Assembly (NCBI GenBank): GCA_965218055.1
Contig: CBDCKA010000002.1
Coordinates: 745,619-809,618, forward strand
Direction of reading: 5' to 3'
Length of the DNA stretch: 64,000 nucleotides
From: Terriglobia bacterium
GTDB taxonomy: Bacteria > Acidobacteriota > Terriglobia > JAJPHL01 > JAPKYU01
Positions 35,525-44,919 of this stretch are shown here, one piece after another. The notes beneath the pieces are model-generated. The model was not told the DNA's origin, did no database searches, and was given only the letters and a program-made list of their open reading frames with translations. The stretch's first letter is position 1. The number at the start of each line of letters is the position of its first letter. Both the position numbers and the translations under genes were made by a program.

Positions 35525-37606
35525 ATGACAAGTCCAGAGAAGCACGCAATGCCTGGTCTTTGGGTCCAGGCGGCTGCGGCCACGGCTTTTCTCTTCTTCG
35601 TATCCCTTCTGCAGGCCGCCGGGCATTCAGCCTTGGCCGTCCGGGCGACCCAGCCGCCCATCATCGACGGAATCATCCACAAGGAAGAATGGGCTGGGGT
35701 CACGCGACTGGAAAACTTCATTCAGTTGGAGCCAGAGCAAGGAAAGCCGGCGACACAACGCACCGTCGCCTACTTCGCCTACGACGATAGTTACGTCTAC
35801 ATCGCGGTGCATTCCTACGACACCGAACCCGAGAAGATTACCGCGCGCCTAAACCGTCGGGACGACAACCTGTCGAGGGACGATTCCGTCACCGTCTTCC
35901 TCGACACCTTTCACGACCGCCGCACCTGTTACTTTTTCTCGACGAATCCGCTGGGCACCCAGAGCGACGGCCGAATCAAAGACGACGGGCGAGTCCGGGA
36001 CAGAAGCTGGGATGCCGAGTGGCATGTCGCCGCCCAGACGGATTCCGATGGCTGGACAGCCGAGTTCGCCATTCCCCTGCGCGCGATGCAGTTTCACTCC
36101 GGCGAGAATCGCTCCTGGGGAATCAACATCGGGCGGTCCCGGCGCAGCAATCTGGAGGACAGCTTCTGGGCCGGTCCGCTGGAGTCGTCCTACCGAGTTT
36201 CCCAGTTCGGGGAGATTCTCGGCCTGACCTTGCATGGCGGCGCCAAACGCTGGGACCTGATCCCGTATGTGCAGGGCGGTTACGCGCAGGGACGCAATAC
36301 CAGCGGCAGTATGGGGCTCGACCTGCGCTATGCTTTTCGGCCGGAGACGATGGCGAATCTGACCATCAACCCCGATTTCGCCATCATTGAGGCGGATGAA
36401 GAGTTCGTCAACCTATCTCGCTTCGAAGCACGCCTGGAGGAAAAGAGGCCCTTTTTCCTGGAAAGCAACGAGCGCTTCCGGCAGCGTATCCAGACGTTTT
36501 ACTCGCGCCGCATTCAGGACATCGATATAGGAGGCAAGCTTCTTTCCCGCAACGGGCCCTGGGACTTGGCCCTGCTTTCGGTTCGCTCATCCCCAATGGA
36601 GGTTGACTCCGGGCCCGATGGAGCCTCCACCTCCGAGCACGCGAACTACACGGTGGCCAGGGCCGAAAGGCAAGTCCTGCGATCCTCCAATATTGGCTTC
36701 ATGGTTGCGAACCGGTCCCTGGGCGGGGACAATCGCGGCTCGATCGGTCTCGATACGACGATGCACCTGACCCGCACGATGCGCTTCACCGGCCAGTTGC
36801 TCCGCTCCCATGGCCTCTTCAAGATGGGGCGTTGGGCCTACTTCGTGCGGCCGGCGTGGGATACCTCGACCTCCCACTTCCACTTCCGCTACACCCACCT
36901 GGGGGACCGCTTCGGCGATAACGTGAATGCCGTCGGATTCATCCGCGACGACGACCGTCGGGAGATGGACAGCGATCTGGACAAAAACTTCTGGTTTGAA
37001 GAGGGCCCCGTCCAACGTATCTTCCTGCAATCGAAAAACAAGGTCTACTGGAGCCAGCAAAACATTTTGCGGTATTACCACAATATCGAGACCATGGAGG
37101 TCGAATTCCGTAACCGCTGGAGCGTGGAGGCCAGTCACCGTAATGTCTTCGAGCTCTTCGAAAAAGGCTTCCACAACGATCAGGTGGAGTTCAATGTCGG
37201 CTATAACACGCGAGAATTCCAGTCGTGGCAGGTGGGCTATCAGACCGGCCGCAACTTCGACTCCGATTTGGACGTCATCAGCGCACGGATACGGCGCAAG
37301 CTGACGGCCGGGCTGGCTTTGGAATATGAGCTTTCACGTGTCTGGCTCGATCCTGACCCCGAGAAAAAGGCTACTTTCATTAATGTTGTTCGCGTTCGCC
37401 AGAACTTCACACGGGATTTGTTTATTCGCGTGTTCTTTCAGACGAATTCGGTGATTGACCGCAAGAACCTGGAAGCGGTATTTGTCTGGCGCCACAGGCC
37501 CCCCTTCGGTTCGATTCAGTTTGCGTTTCAACGAGGAAGGGCAGTTTTTGGCCAGCGCTCTGAGCGGGGGAACACATACTTTATCAAGGTTGGCCATGTG
37601 TTTTGA
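35525..37606 (+). CDS. Secreted DUF5916 / carbohydrate-binding-family-9-like domain protein.
   Basis: Signal peptide and a CBM9-like N-terminus IIDGIIHKEEWAGVTRLENFIQLEPEQGKPATQRTVAYFAYDDSYVYIAVHSYDTEP. Confidence 0.55.
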   Translation: MTSPEKHAMPGLWVQAAAATAFLFFVSLLQAAGHSALAVRATQPPIIDGIIHKEEWAGVTRLENFIQLEPEQGKPATQRTVAYFAYDDSYVYIAVHSYDTEPEKITARLNRRDDNLSRDDSVTVFLDTFHDRRTCYFFSTNPLGTQSDGRIKDDGRVRDRSWDAEWHVAAQTDSDGWTAEFAIPLRAMQFHSGENRSWGINIGRSRRSNLEDSFWAGPLESSYRVSQFGEILGLTLHGGAKRWDLIPYVQGGYAQGRNTSGSMGLDLRYAFRPETMANLTINPDFAIIEADEEFVNLSRFEARLEEKRPFFLESNERFRQRIQTFYSRRIQDIDIGGKLLSRNGPWDLALLSVRSSPMEVDSGPDGASTSEHANYTVARAERQVLRSSNIGFMVANRSLGGDNRGSIGLDTTMHLTRTMRFTGQLLRSHGLFKMGRWAYFVRPAWDTSTSHFHFRYTHLGDRFGDNVNAVGFIRDDDRREMDSDLDKNFWFEEGPVQRIFLQSKNKVYWSQQNILRYYHNIETMEVEFRNRWSVEASHRNVFELFEKGFHNDQVEFNVGYNTREFQSWQVGYQTGRNFDSDLDVISARIRRKLTAGLALEYELSRVWLDPDPEKKATFINVVRVRQNFTRDLFIRVFFQTNSVIDRKNLEAVFVWRHRPPFGSIQFAFQRGRAVFGQRSERGNTYFIKVGHVF

Positions 37607-37852
37607 TGGTCCTCAGTCAGCAGGCGGCGAGCAGGAAGTAACTGGCGCCCAACGGGGCCAGGGCTGGCAAGGCTGAGACACTGCCGAAGAAGGGAAAAAA
37701 TGCATGAGAGTCATACGAGCGCTTCCGGGGGCAGTCTGCTTCTTCCCGCTGGCGCTGATGGAATGCAGCGAAGCGTCCCTCAATGAAGAGGTTTTCCATG
37801 CCCTCAGGTTCAAGGCCGAAGACTGCAAGCAATCCATCAAGGGTGTGCGTTC

Positions 37853-38686
37853 ATGAGTGAAGGTACGACCTCTTTGCACAGGCTGAATGGCTTAGTTGCG
37901 GTGGTGACCGGAGCAGCTCAGGGGCTGGGCCTGGGGATCGCTGAGCAGCTTGCCCGCGACGGCGCCGGGGTGATCATGGCTGACGTCAGACTGAAAAATG
38001 CACAGGCATCGGCCCAAAAGTTGCGAGAGCAAGGTCTGAATGTGCAGCCAGCCCATTTGGATATCTCCGCCAGTAGTGGGGTGACCGAGTTCTTCGACGG
38101 GACAGTTGCTGAATACGGTCGGTTGGACATTCTGGTCAACAATGCCGGTGTTGGACAAGACGTCTCCCCGGTCGTCCATCTGACAGACCAGGAATGGGCA
38201 CGCGTCCTAGGTGTCACCTTGACCGGAACGTTCTATTGTTGCCGCGCGGCAGCACGAACCATGGAGCGGCAGGGATCCGGGTGTATCGTCAATATCGCCT
38301 CCATCAACGGCCAGAATCCAGCAGCGCTGGTCGCGGCCTACAACGTGGCTAAGGCCGGTGTAATCAGTCTGACCAAGACGCTGGCATTGGAGCTTGCCGC
38401 CTACGGCGTGCGGGTAAACGCGGTGAGTCCGGGGCCTGTCTACACAGAATTCAACAAGACCGTCATGGCGCAGCGCTGCCAAACCCTGAATCTCACCGAG
38501 GATCAGATGATTGAGCGCATCCGAGGCGCCATCCCGCTTGGACGATGGGGACAGCCAGCCGATATCGCACGGAGCGTTGCTTTTCTGTGCAGCCCGGCAG
38601 CCTCGTGGATCACGGGCGAGGTGCTCAGAGTCAGTGGGGGACTGGAAGGCGTCTCGGCCGCGCCACCAAAACGCGCGGAGAACTAA
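37853..38686 (+). CDS. SDR family oxidoreductase.
   Basis: [22 protein letters not shown] and YNVAKAGV motifs. Confidence 0.8.
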   Translation: MSEGTTSLHRLNGLVAVVTGAAQGLGLGIAEQLARDGAGVIMADVRLKNAQASAQKLREQGLNVQPAHLDISASSGVTEFFDGTVAEYGRLDILVNNAGVGQDVSPVVHLTDQEWARVLGVTLTGTFYCCRAAARTMERQGSGCIVNIASINGQNPAALVAAYNVAKAGVISLTKTLALELAAYGVRVNAVSPGPVYTEFNKTVMAQRCQTLNLTEDQMIERIRGAIPLGRWGQPADIARSVAFLCSPAASWITGEVLRVSGGLEGVSAAPPKRAEN

Positions 38687-38722
38687 GAATATACATATCC
38701 CAACCTCGGTCCCCGGCAGAGG

Positions 38723-41251
38723 TTAGTTGCCGGGCAGGCGTGGATCAACCACAATCCGCGTGGTTTCTCTCGGAATGCTGCCGAATGGGCCGGGGACAAC
38801 CGTTCGCCCAGCGCGAGGCCTGTTCCAGAAATCATACGTCATGCCGCTCATTGCCAGCCCTTCGGCGAACTCGCCCCGAACGGACCATGCCAGCTCCAAC
38901 GTCGTGGGGTTAAATTCGGCTACTATATCGGCCTCGGAGCTATGGATATCAAATCCGTACCTCTTCCGCCAGGCAGCCAACTCCAGCTCCGTGAAAGGTA
39001 CTAACGACGGTGCGAAGGGCAATTTGCGAGGCATTTTCCCGTTTACGTGGAAGGGCCTGGGCTGGCGAGCGTTTCCGAGTAAATTGTAATCAGAAACATT
39101 ATGGGGCGAGTACAAACCGACGTTCCAGCCGTTATTGATCAATATGTTATTAACCACCGTGTTTTCTCCGACGGGAATTGTTCCCAGATCGCCGAGACTT
39201 CGCCCAGGAACGTCCATGATCAGGATGCCCGCCCCGGCGCAATGTCCGATCATGTTATGCGCGATGATTACCTTGGTGGCGCTATATTCGTAGATACCAT
39301 TCGAGTAGGTACAGCCCCAGACGAAGTTGTGATCCACCAGATTAGGGGCGAACGCCGCCTCTACGTAGATGCCGCCGAGGCCCGGTCCGGGACCGTAATG
39401 AGAACCCGTGTTGACAACCACATTTTGGGTGATGCGCGAATTAGAGTTGATCCAGTCTATCCAAATGCCGGTTCCGTGCAACGTGTCGAAAATCAAGTTT
39501 TGCCGCACCAGCAGATTCAGGTTGGTGTGTAACTTGATCGCGGCGCATTCTGCAAGAAACTCCACGTCATGCCAGGCGTTTCGCCGGTGGACGTTCTCCT
39601 CGATCAGCGACCCATACGCACCGGGACCGGTGATTCCGGTGGTGCCGATGTCGTTCAGCGTGTTGCCGCGCAGGATGTGGTAGCCGAGGATGTCGGGCCG
39701 AGTCGGGATTGCGCGCGTGGTGGGGGGAAGGTCCGTCGTATCCGTCAGGCGCGAACCAAAGAAGGAGATCCCTCCGTCTCCGATATCAATGCCCACTCCA
39801 TTCACCCATTGGAGCGTATTGTCCTCAATGAGCCAGTGATGGCCATGCATGGTGGAAATGGCGCCACGCTGCGGGAAAGGGAAGCCATTTCCGGCGTGCT
39901 CCATGATGAATCCCTTCACCCGGATATAACCGAGATGATAGGTCTCAGGAGCGAAGATCTGTTCTCGCGCCGTCAACTCCCATGCGGCATCATTCGGATC
40001 AATTCCACCGCGTGGGGCAATGTGAATTGTCAGACCGTGGGGTTCCACCCAAAAGGACCCTTCATCCATAAAAAGTTCCGTGTAGCGTGAGACTTGCTTG
40101 AGGCGTTTCCCGGTCTGGAAGATTAGTCCGCGAACCTGCAGGTAACTCTTTGACCTCGGGTAGCTAAAGACCTGTGGCACATCAAAATGATTCATCTGAT
40201 TTATCTGCCGGAAGTTCGCAACGGCGAAGGGATTGTAGCCGTTAAACAATTTGCCCGGCAGTCGCGCCATCCAGACTTCCTTCACCGTTGCTCCGCTTGG
40301 CTCTACGCTCTCGTCCTTCAGCCAGGGGATCGACTTCATCCACTGGACCCTCAGGATTTCCGATCCCTTGATTACCACCGTTGCTCCCGGCGCCGCCTCG
40401 TAGCTGATCATATGCTCCGGATCTGTTCCCCCCCGCGCCGGCCGCACCCATTCCCGATACACACCCGCGCCGACCACCACCCGCTCGCCCGCCTGCAACA
40501 CTTCTGCCGCCCGGGTGATCGTCTGGAACGGCATCTCCTTCGTCCCTGGATTCCTATCCGAGGCCTTTGGGTGAGATTGCTCCACGTAATACGTTTTCGA
40601 GAACTTCAGCGGCGCTTCCCACGTCATGAACTCACTTCCGTCCGGCAGGAAGGCCGGCGGCTCCAGTGACCGCATCTTCGCGTATGGTACACCTCCTCTC
40701 TCTTCCGGACCGAAAATCAAGAGTACCCACGGGCCGAACTCCAGGGTTTCCCCCTCCGCTACAGGTTTTTGGTAGGCGAGAGCGTTGTTGGCTTCGTCCC
40801 CGCCCAACACCTGAAATTCCGGAAAGTCGAGCTGCTTGAATCCCTTTTCTGCTAACCACTTCGCCTGCGGCCCCTTCGAGGCCGTCACCGCGTATACATA
40901 TCCGGCTTTTTTGCAGATCGCTTTCACCCCGCCACTCTTACTGGACTGGATAAAGCTTCGTCCCAGGAATTCTTCCGGCACCGAGACGAGAACGTCCTCC
41001 GCGTCCAGGAACACCCTTGCCCCCCGCCGGACCTTCTCCACCCGCCCCACCGCCGGCGCCAATGCTGAGTTTTGGGAACTCCTGATGTCTTCCAGCTGCG
41101 TTGCCCTGGCGCCCTCCTGGGCAGAGGACACTGCCCGCAACGCTGGATCGTAGCCAGCCAGTGCCAAACCCAACAACAGGCCGACCGCAACCAACCCAAC
41201 ACGCCTCGGAACCAGCCCAACTGGTGAACTCTTAAATAAGATGGATGGCAT
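38723..41251 (-). CDS. Secreted right-handed parallel beta-helix protein (pectate-lyase-fold; probable polysaccharide lyase or hydrolase).
   Basis: 842 aa with a signal peptide. It has repetitive NxxGxxIxxN-like beta-helix coils (VVVNTGSHYGPG, NNILINNGWN). Lower GC, about 50%. Confidence 0.65.
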   Translation of the reverse strand: MPSILFKSSPVGLVPRRVGLVAVGLLLGLALAGYDPALRAVSSAQEGARATQLEDIRSSQNSALAPAVGRVEKVRRGARVFLDAEDVLVSVPEEFLGRSFIQSSKSGGVKAICKKAGYVYAVTASKGPQAKWLAEKGFKQLDFPEFQVLGGDEANNALAYQKPVAEGETLEFGPWVLLIFGPEERGGVPYAKMRSLEPPAFLPDGSEFMTWEAPLKFSKTYYVEQSHPKASDRNPGTKEMPFQTITRAAEVLQAGERVVVGAGVYREWVRPARGGTDPEHMISYEAAPGATVVIKGSEILRVQWMKSIPWLKDESVEPSGATVKEVWMARLPGKLFNGYNPFAVANFRQINQMNHFDVPQVFSYPRSKSYLQVRGLIFQTGKRLKQVSRYTELFMDEGSFWVEPHGLTIHIAPRGGIDPNDAAWELTAREQIFAPETYHLGYIRVKGFIMEHAGNGFPFPQRGAISTMHGHHWLIEDNTLQWVNGVGIDIGDGGISFFGSRLTDTTDLPPTTRAIPTRPDILGYHILRGNTLNDIGTTGITGPGAYGSLIEENVHRRNAWHDVEFLAECAAIKLHTNLNLLVRQNLIFDTLHGTGIWIDWINSNSRITQNVVVNTGSHYGPGPGLGGIYVEAAFAPNLVDHNFVWGCTYSNGIYEYSATKVIIAHNMIGHCAGAGILIMDVPGRSLGDLGTIPVGENTVVNNILINNGWNVGLYSPHNVSDYNLLGNARQPRPFHVNGKMPRKLPFAPSLVPFTELELAAWRKRYGFDIHSSEADIVAEFNPTTLELAWSVRGEFAEGLAMSGMTYDFWNRPRAGRTVVPGPFGSIPRETTRIVVDPRLPGN

Positions 41252-41319
41252 GCTTCATCCTTCCCGACGTGAATTCTCTTACCCGAAGCGAGCGTCCAAG
41301 CGCTCACTCACTACACTGG

Positions 41320-41640
41320 TGACCAGACCGCGTTTTTGTACCAAGCGTTGTGAGAGAGTCTACATCACAGCCAAGGGCTGTGAAACTGTCTTGGGTGGCG
41401 GATGGGGGTTGCCGGCCGCCGGGGCAGGCGGCCGGTAACCGAGCGAGGAACACGGTCGTTCGGTGTTGTGCTGGACCCGCCACTGCTCGATCACAATCTG
41501 TGCCTCCTTCAACCGAATCGCCAGGCAGGATCGAATGACGCCTGGCAGACATTTCCGGGCCGCTTCGTCAACCGGAAGCAGCCGCGGAGCGACATCCTCC
41601 TTTAGACCGCCACAGATTGCTTGACGAACGGGAGGTGCGA
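41320..41640 (-). mobile_element. IS3-family transposase remnant (copy A): a terminal inverted repeat plus an internally deleted OrfB C-terminus.
   Basis: LKEAQIVIEQWRVQHNTERPCSSLGYRPPAP is the IS3 OrfB C-terminal signature. The terminus TGACCAGACCGCGTTTTTGTACCAAG is homologous to 63464. Confidence 0.5.
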
Positions 41641-41708
41641 TCTTAGAATTAACGAGAGGCGTAGTGTCGGCCAATGGCGGGCAAGTGCCGCTCGAGGCGA
41701 GGTGCGCT

Positions 41709-43343
41709 ATGAAGGTCAAAGTTTGGGTTCCCTTCCTGTTGTTCGTCGTCTTCCTGTTCTTACTAGCCTGGCCGCTTGCGGCCCCGGTTGTAGCCGGGGA
41801 TAAGAAAAAGGCGGATTCGGGCAAGGACGACCGGCTCAGCAAGAAAGAGCGCGAGCGCCGGCGGCGCTCCCTGGAAAAGGAGCTCAATCGGCCCTTTGAA
41901 AAGTGGCTCAAGGAAGACGTCGCCTATATCATCACTCCAGAAGAGCGGGCAGCTTTCAAACGGCTCCAGAATGCGGAAGAACGGGAGCAGTTTATTGAGC
42001 AGTTCTGGGTGCGCCGGGACCCGACGCCGGACACAGCGGAGAACGAGTACAGAGAAGAGATGTACCGGCGCATTGCTTATGCCAACCAACATTTCGCCTC
42101 GGGGTGGCCGGGCTGGAAGACCGACCGCGGCCGTATCTACATTACTTTTGGCCCGCCCGACGAGAAAGAAACGGAACCCGTGGGCGGCACGTACGATCGG
42201 CCTATGGCAGAAGGCGGCGGCACCACCCAAACCTACCCTTGGGAGAAATGGCGGTATCGCTACATCGAGACAATCGGCAGCAATGTAGAGATCGAGTTCG
42301 TGGATAAGAGCTTGAGCGGGGAATACCGCATGGCGATGGGTCCCGAGGAGAAGGACGCGCTGTTTAACGTGAGCGCTGGGGCGACCACGCTAGAGCAGAT
42401 GGGCATACGCACCAGGAAGGACCGCATCATGGGCCTCGACCGGCGCGCGAACCACCTCGCGATGCTCGAGCAGTACACCAAGCTGCATACACCCCCGCCG
42501 GTCAAGTTTCGCGATTTGGAGGAAGTGGTCAGTTCCAAGATCAATTACAACCTATTCCCCTTCAAAGTCCGCACCGACTACGTTCGCATTACTTCAGCCA
42601 TCGTGCTGGCAGCGCTGACGGTGCAGATCAATGCCAAGGACATGAGCTTCGAGAATAATGCGGGGATCGAGCGGGGCATAGTGAACATCTTCGGGCGGGT
42701 CAGCACCCTGAGCGGGCGCGTCGTGCAAACGTTTGAGGACGTGGTGAGTGTCGATGTGCCGGCCGGCCAGTTTGAGCTGTATCTGGACCAGAAGCGCGTT
42801 TACTGGCAGGGGTTGCCGCTGCGGTCCGGCTTGTACCGGCTGGATCTGGTGTTGAAGGACATCAAGAGCGGTAATATGGGGACCCATCGGATGGCGCTTC
42901 GCGTGCCTCGCTACGACGAGGAAACCCTGTCTGCCTCCAGCCTCATTCTGGCGGACCTGCTGGAAAAAGTTCCCACCAGGCAGATCGGCAAGGGCCAGTT
43001 TGTCATCGGCTCGACGAAGTTGCGGCCCAGCGTAGAGGAAAAGTTTCGCCGCGACCAGCAGGTGGGCATCTATCTGGAGATCTACAATCTGGCTACCGAC
43101 GAGCAGACTCGCAAGCCTTCCGCCTCGGTCGAGTACGCTTTGGAGAAGAACGGCCGGACCTTGTTCCAGCTCACCGAGAACAGCGACCAGATCCAGGGCG
43201 CTTACCAGCAGCTGACGCTGGAAAAGATACTCCCCCTGGAGATCATGAAATTGGAACCGGGTCAGTACAAGTTGCAGGTAAAAGTGACGGACCGGATCAA
43301 CAAGCGGTCCATCGCTCCTACCGCAACATTCACGGTCCAGTAG
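41709..43343 (+). CDS. GWxTD-domain protein (secreted).
   Basis: Signal peptide MKVKVWVPFLLFVVFLFLLA. The hallmark GWPGWKTDRGRIYITFGPPDE is present. Confidence 0.75.
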   Translation: MKVKVWVPFLLFVVFLFLLAWPLAAPVVAGDKKKADSGKDDRLSKKERERRRRSLEKELNRPFEKWLKEDVAYIITPEERAAFKRLQNAEEREQFIEQFWVRRDPTPDTAENEYREEMYRRIAYANQHFASGWPGWKTDRGRIYITFGPPDEKETEPVGGTYDRPMAEGGGTTQTYPWEKWRYRYIETIGSNVEIEFVDKSLSGEYRMAMGPEEKDALFNVSAGATTLEQMGIRTRKDRIMGLDRRANHLAMLEQYTKLHTPPPVKFRDLEEVVSSKINYNLFPFKVRTDYVRITSAIVLAALTVQINAKDMSFENNAGIERGIVNIFGRVSTLSGRVVQTFEDVVSVDVPAGQFELYLDQKRVYWQGLPLRSGLYRLDLVLKDIKSGNMGTHRMALRVPRYDEETLSASSLILADLLEKVPTRQIGKGQFVIGSTKLRPSVEEKFRRDQQVGIYLEIYNLATDEQTRKPSASVEYALEKNGRTLFQLTENSDQIQGAYQQLTLEKILPLEIMKLEPGQYKLQVKVTDRINKRSIAPTATFTVQ

Positions 43344-43418
43344 TCCAAGTGCTACCTTCCTCGGCCTGGGAAAAGTCGACGTCGGGTCGCGCCATGCGCC
43401 ACGGATTGGCCCTGACCC

Positions 43419-44300
43419 CTAGGCTTCCAACGCTTCCAGACGGGAATTCCCAAACCAAAGCCTTCGTGCAGTTTCGCCGAGCACCGCTGCCCGCGCCGCA
43501 CTCTTTAACTCGAGTTCTTGGGTAAAAATCCTGAGATGGTCGCGGTACCCCAGTTTCGGCGTCCAAAGCGCGGGTGGATACGAGCTGCCCCAAACGCAGC
43601 GCTCGGGCCCGAAGGCATCGATGATCTTGTAGCAAAGAGGGTGTGTATCCCTGCAGGGATAGGGCTCCCTGCTGCCCCAGGCCACCCAGCTCATCTTCAC
43701 GTGGAGGTTCTTATGTTCGGCGAGCCGCTGCAACGCCGCTAGGGCGTCGGCAGTCTCGGGACGCCCGGCCTGCATGCACAAACAATGATCAATAGCGACG
43801 CGCAGCCCCGGAAAGTCCTTCAACATGCGGTGAAAAGCGGGCAGATGATCCTTCCCCCAGTCCCAGCCGCCCTGCGGAGTCAGTCCGCAAATCAGAACAT
43901 TCACCACAATCCCGAGATCGGCGGCAGCCTTCCACAGGGCTCTCACCCCCTGGCTGTCTAATTTACCGTCCTTGCCGGGGATACTTCGCATTCCGCGGAG
44001 CCCGTAAACTTCAGTGTCGTGAGTCAAGATGCCAGGACCGTGGGGATCATCCGGGTCGAGCGTGCAAACCCCTGCGACCCAATCCGGATTGCTTCGCGCG
44101 CTGTCGCAGATATACCGGTTGTCGAAACGGTAGAACGTGCTCGTTTGGATGGCGCAGACGGCGGCCACTCCGTTGGCCCGGCTCTCCTGGCGCAAGTCCT
44201 CCAGAGACGCCTTTCCGGGCGGCCGGAGCGGCTCGGACACCGGCGGATAGCGCTCCTCATCAGGAGAGTAAATATGCGCGTGCGTGTCGATGATGAGCAT
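43419..44300 (-). CDS. Amidohydrolase-2 family TIM-barrel metal-dependent hydrolase.
   Basis: MLIIDTHAHIYSPDEERYPP N-terminal metal-binding HxH motif. Confidence 0.75.
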   Translation of the reverse strand: MLIIDTHAHIYSPDEERYPPVSEPLRPPGKASLEDLRQESRANGVAAVCAIQTSTFYRFDNRYICDSARSNPDWVAGVCTLDPDDPHGPGILTHDTEVYGLRGMRSIPGKDGKLDSQGVRALWKAAADLGIVVNVLICGLTPQGGWDWGKDHLPAFHRMLKDFPGLRVAIDHCLCMQAGRPETADALAALQRLAEHKNLHVKMSWVAWGSREPYPCRDTHPLCYKIIDAFGPERCVWGSSYPPALWTPKLGYRDHLRIFTQELELKSAARAAVLGETARRLWFGNSRLEALEA

Positions 44301-44919
44301 AACGTCTCCCAACCCGTAGGTGTATGGCCGGCCAGATCAGCACTGCGCTCGCCATGCCAGCTGGGGTTGATCTGTGTGTACCGGTTGAGCGCCTCCAGGA
44401 TTTGCTTCAGCAGGTAACGGGTAATTCTAAGCTCAGAAATGGTGAGATGCTCTGCCTAACTCAGCAAGTCCCGTCTATACTCTTAATGATTAATCCGACC
44501 TGCAGCGCCGACTCTAACATAGCGAAGTCGCCGTCCACAACTGCTCTGAGACTGCCCTTTGATCCCGAGAATGTCGTCAACAACGGCTGCAGTGATCGAG
44601 CTCTCTTCAGGGATCAACCGCCCGGGGAAATGCCCGGCGAGGGCCGCTCGGAGCCCCCAGAGAGAAGCACGTGCTGGAAGGGCTCAGTTGGGGCCAATGC
44701 GTGTATACTCGCGACTCCCGGAGGGCCAAAAACTAATTCCGGTTCAAATCATCGCAGGCGTTGGTGTGTCGGCAGCGATGTACAAGGCTGGGCAGGGGTA
44801 GCGAACGCAGAATAGTTAGGCTGCTGCACGAAGCCCGAGGCCCTCATTACCTTTCGCGACCTCTAGCGGAAAGTTCCCGCGGAAGAATCTTGTACAAGAA
44901 AGAAAAGGAAGCCAGGAGC

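Noticed and set aside
35226-35549. Possible sigma54 promoter (TGGCAC…TTGT) in the intergenic region before the DUF5916-like gene, and a similar check of the xoxF upstream palindrome for sigma54 elements.
   Set aside because: The spacing between the GG and GC elements does not fit the TGGCACG-N4-TTGCW consensus.
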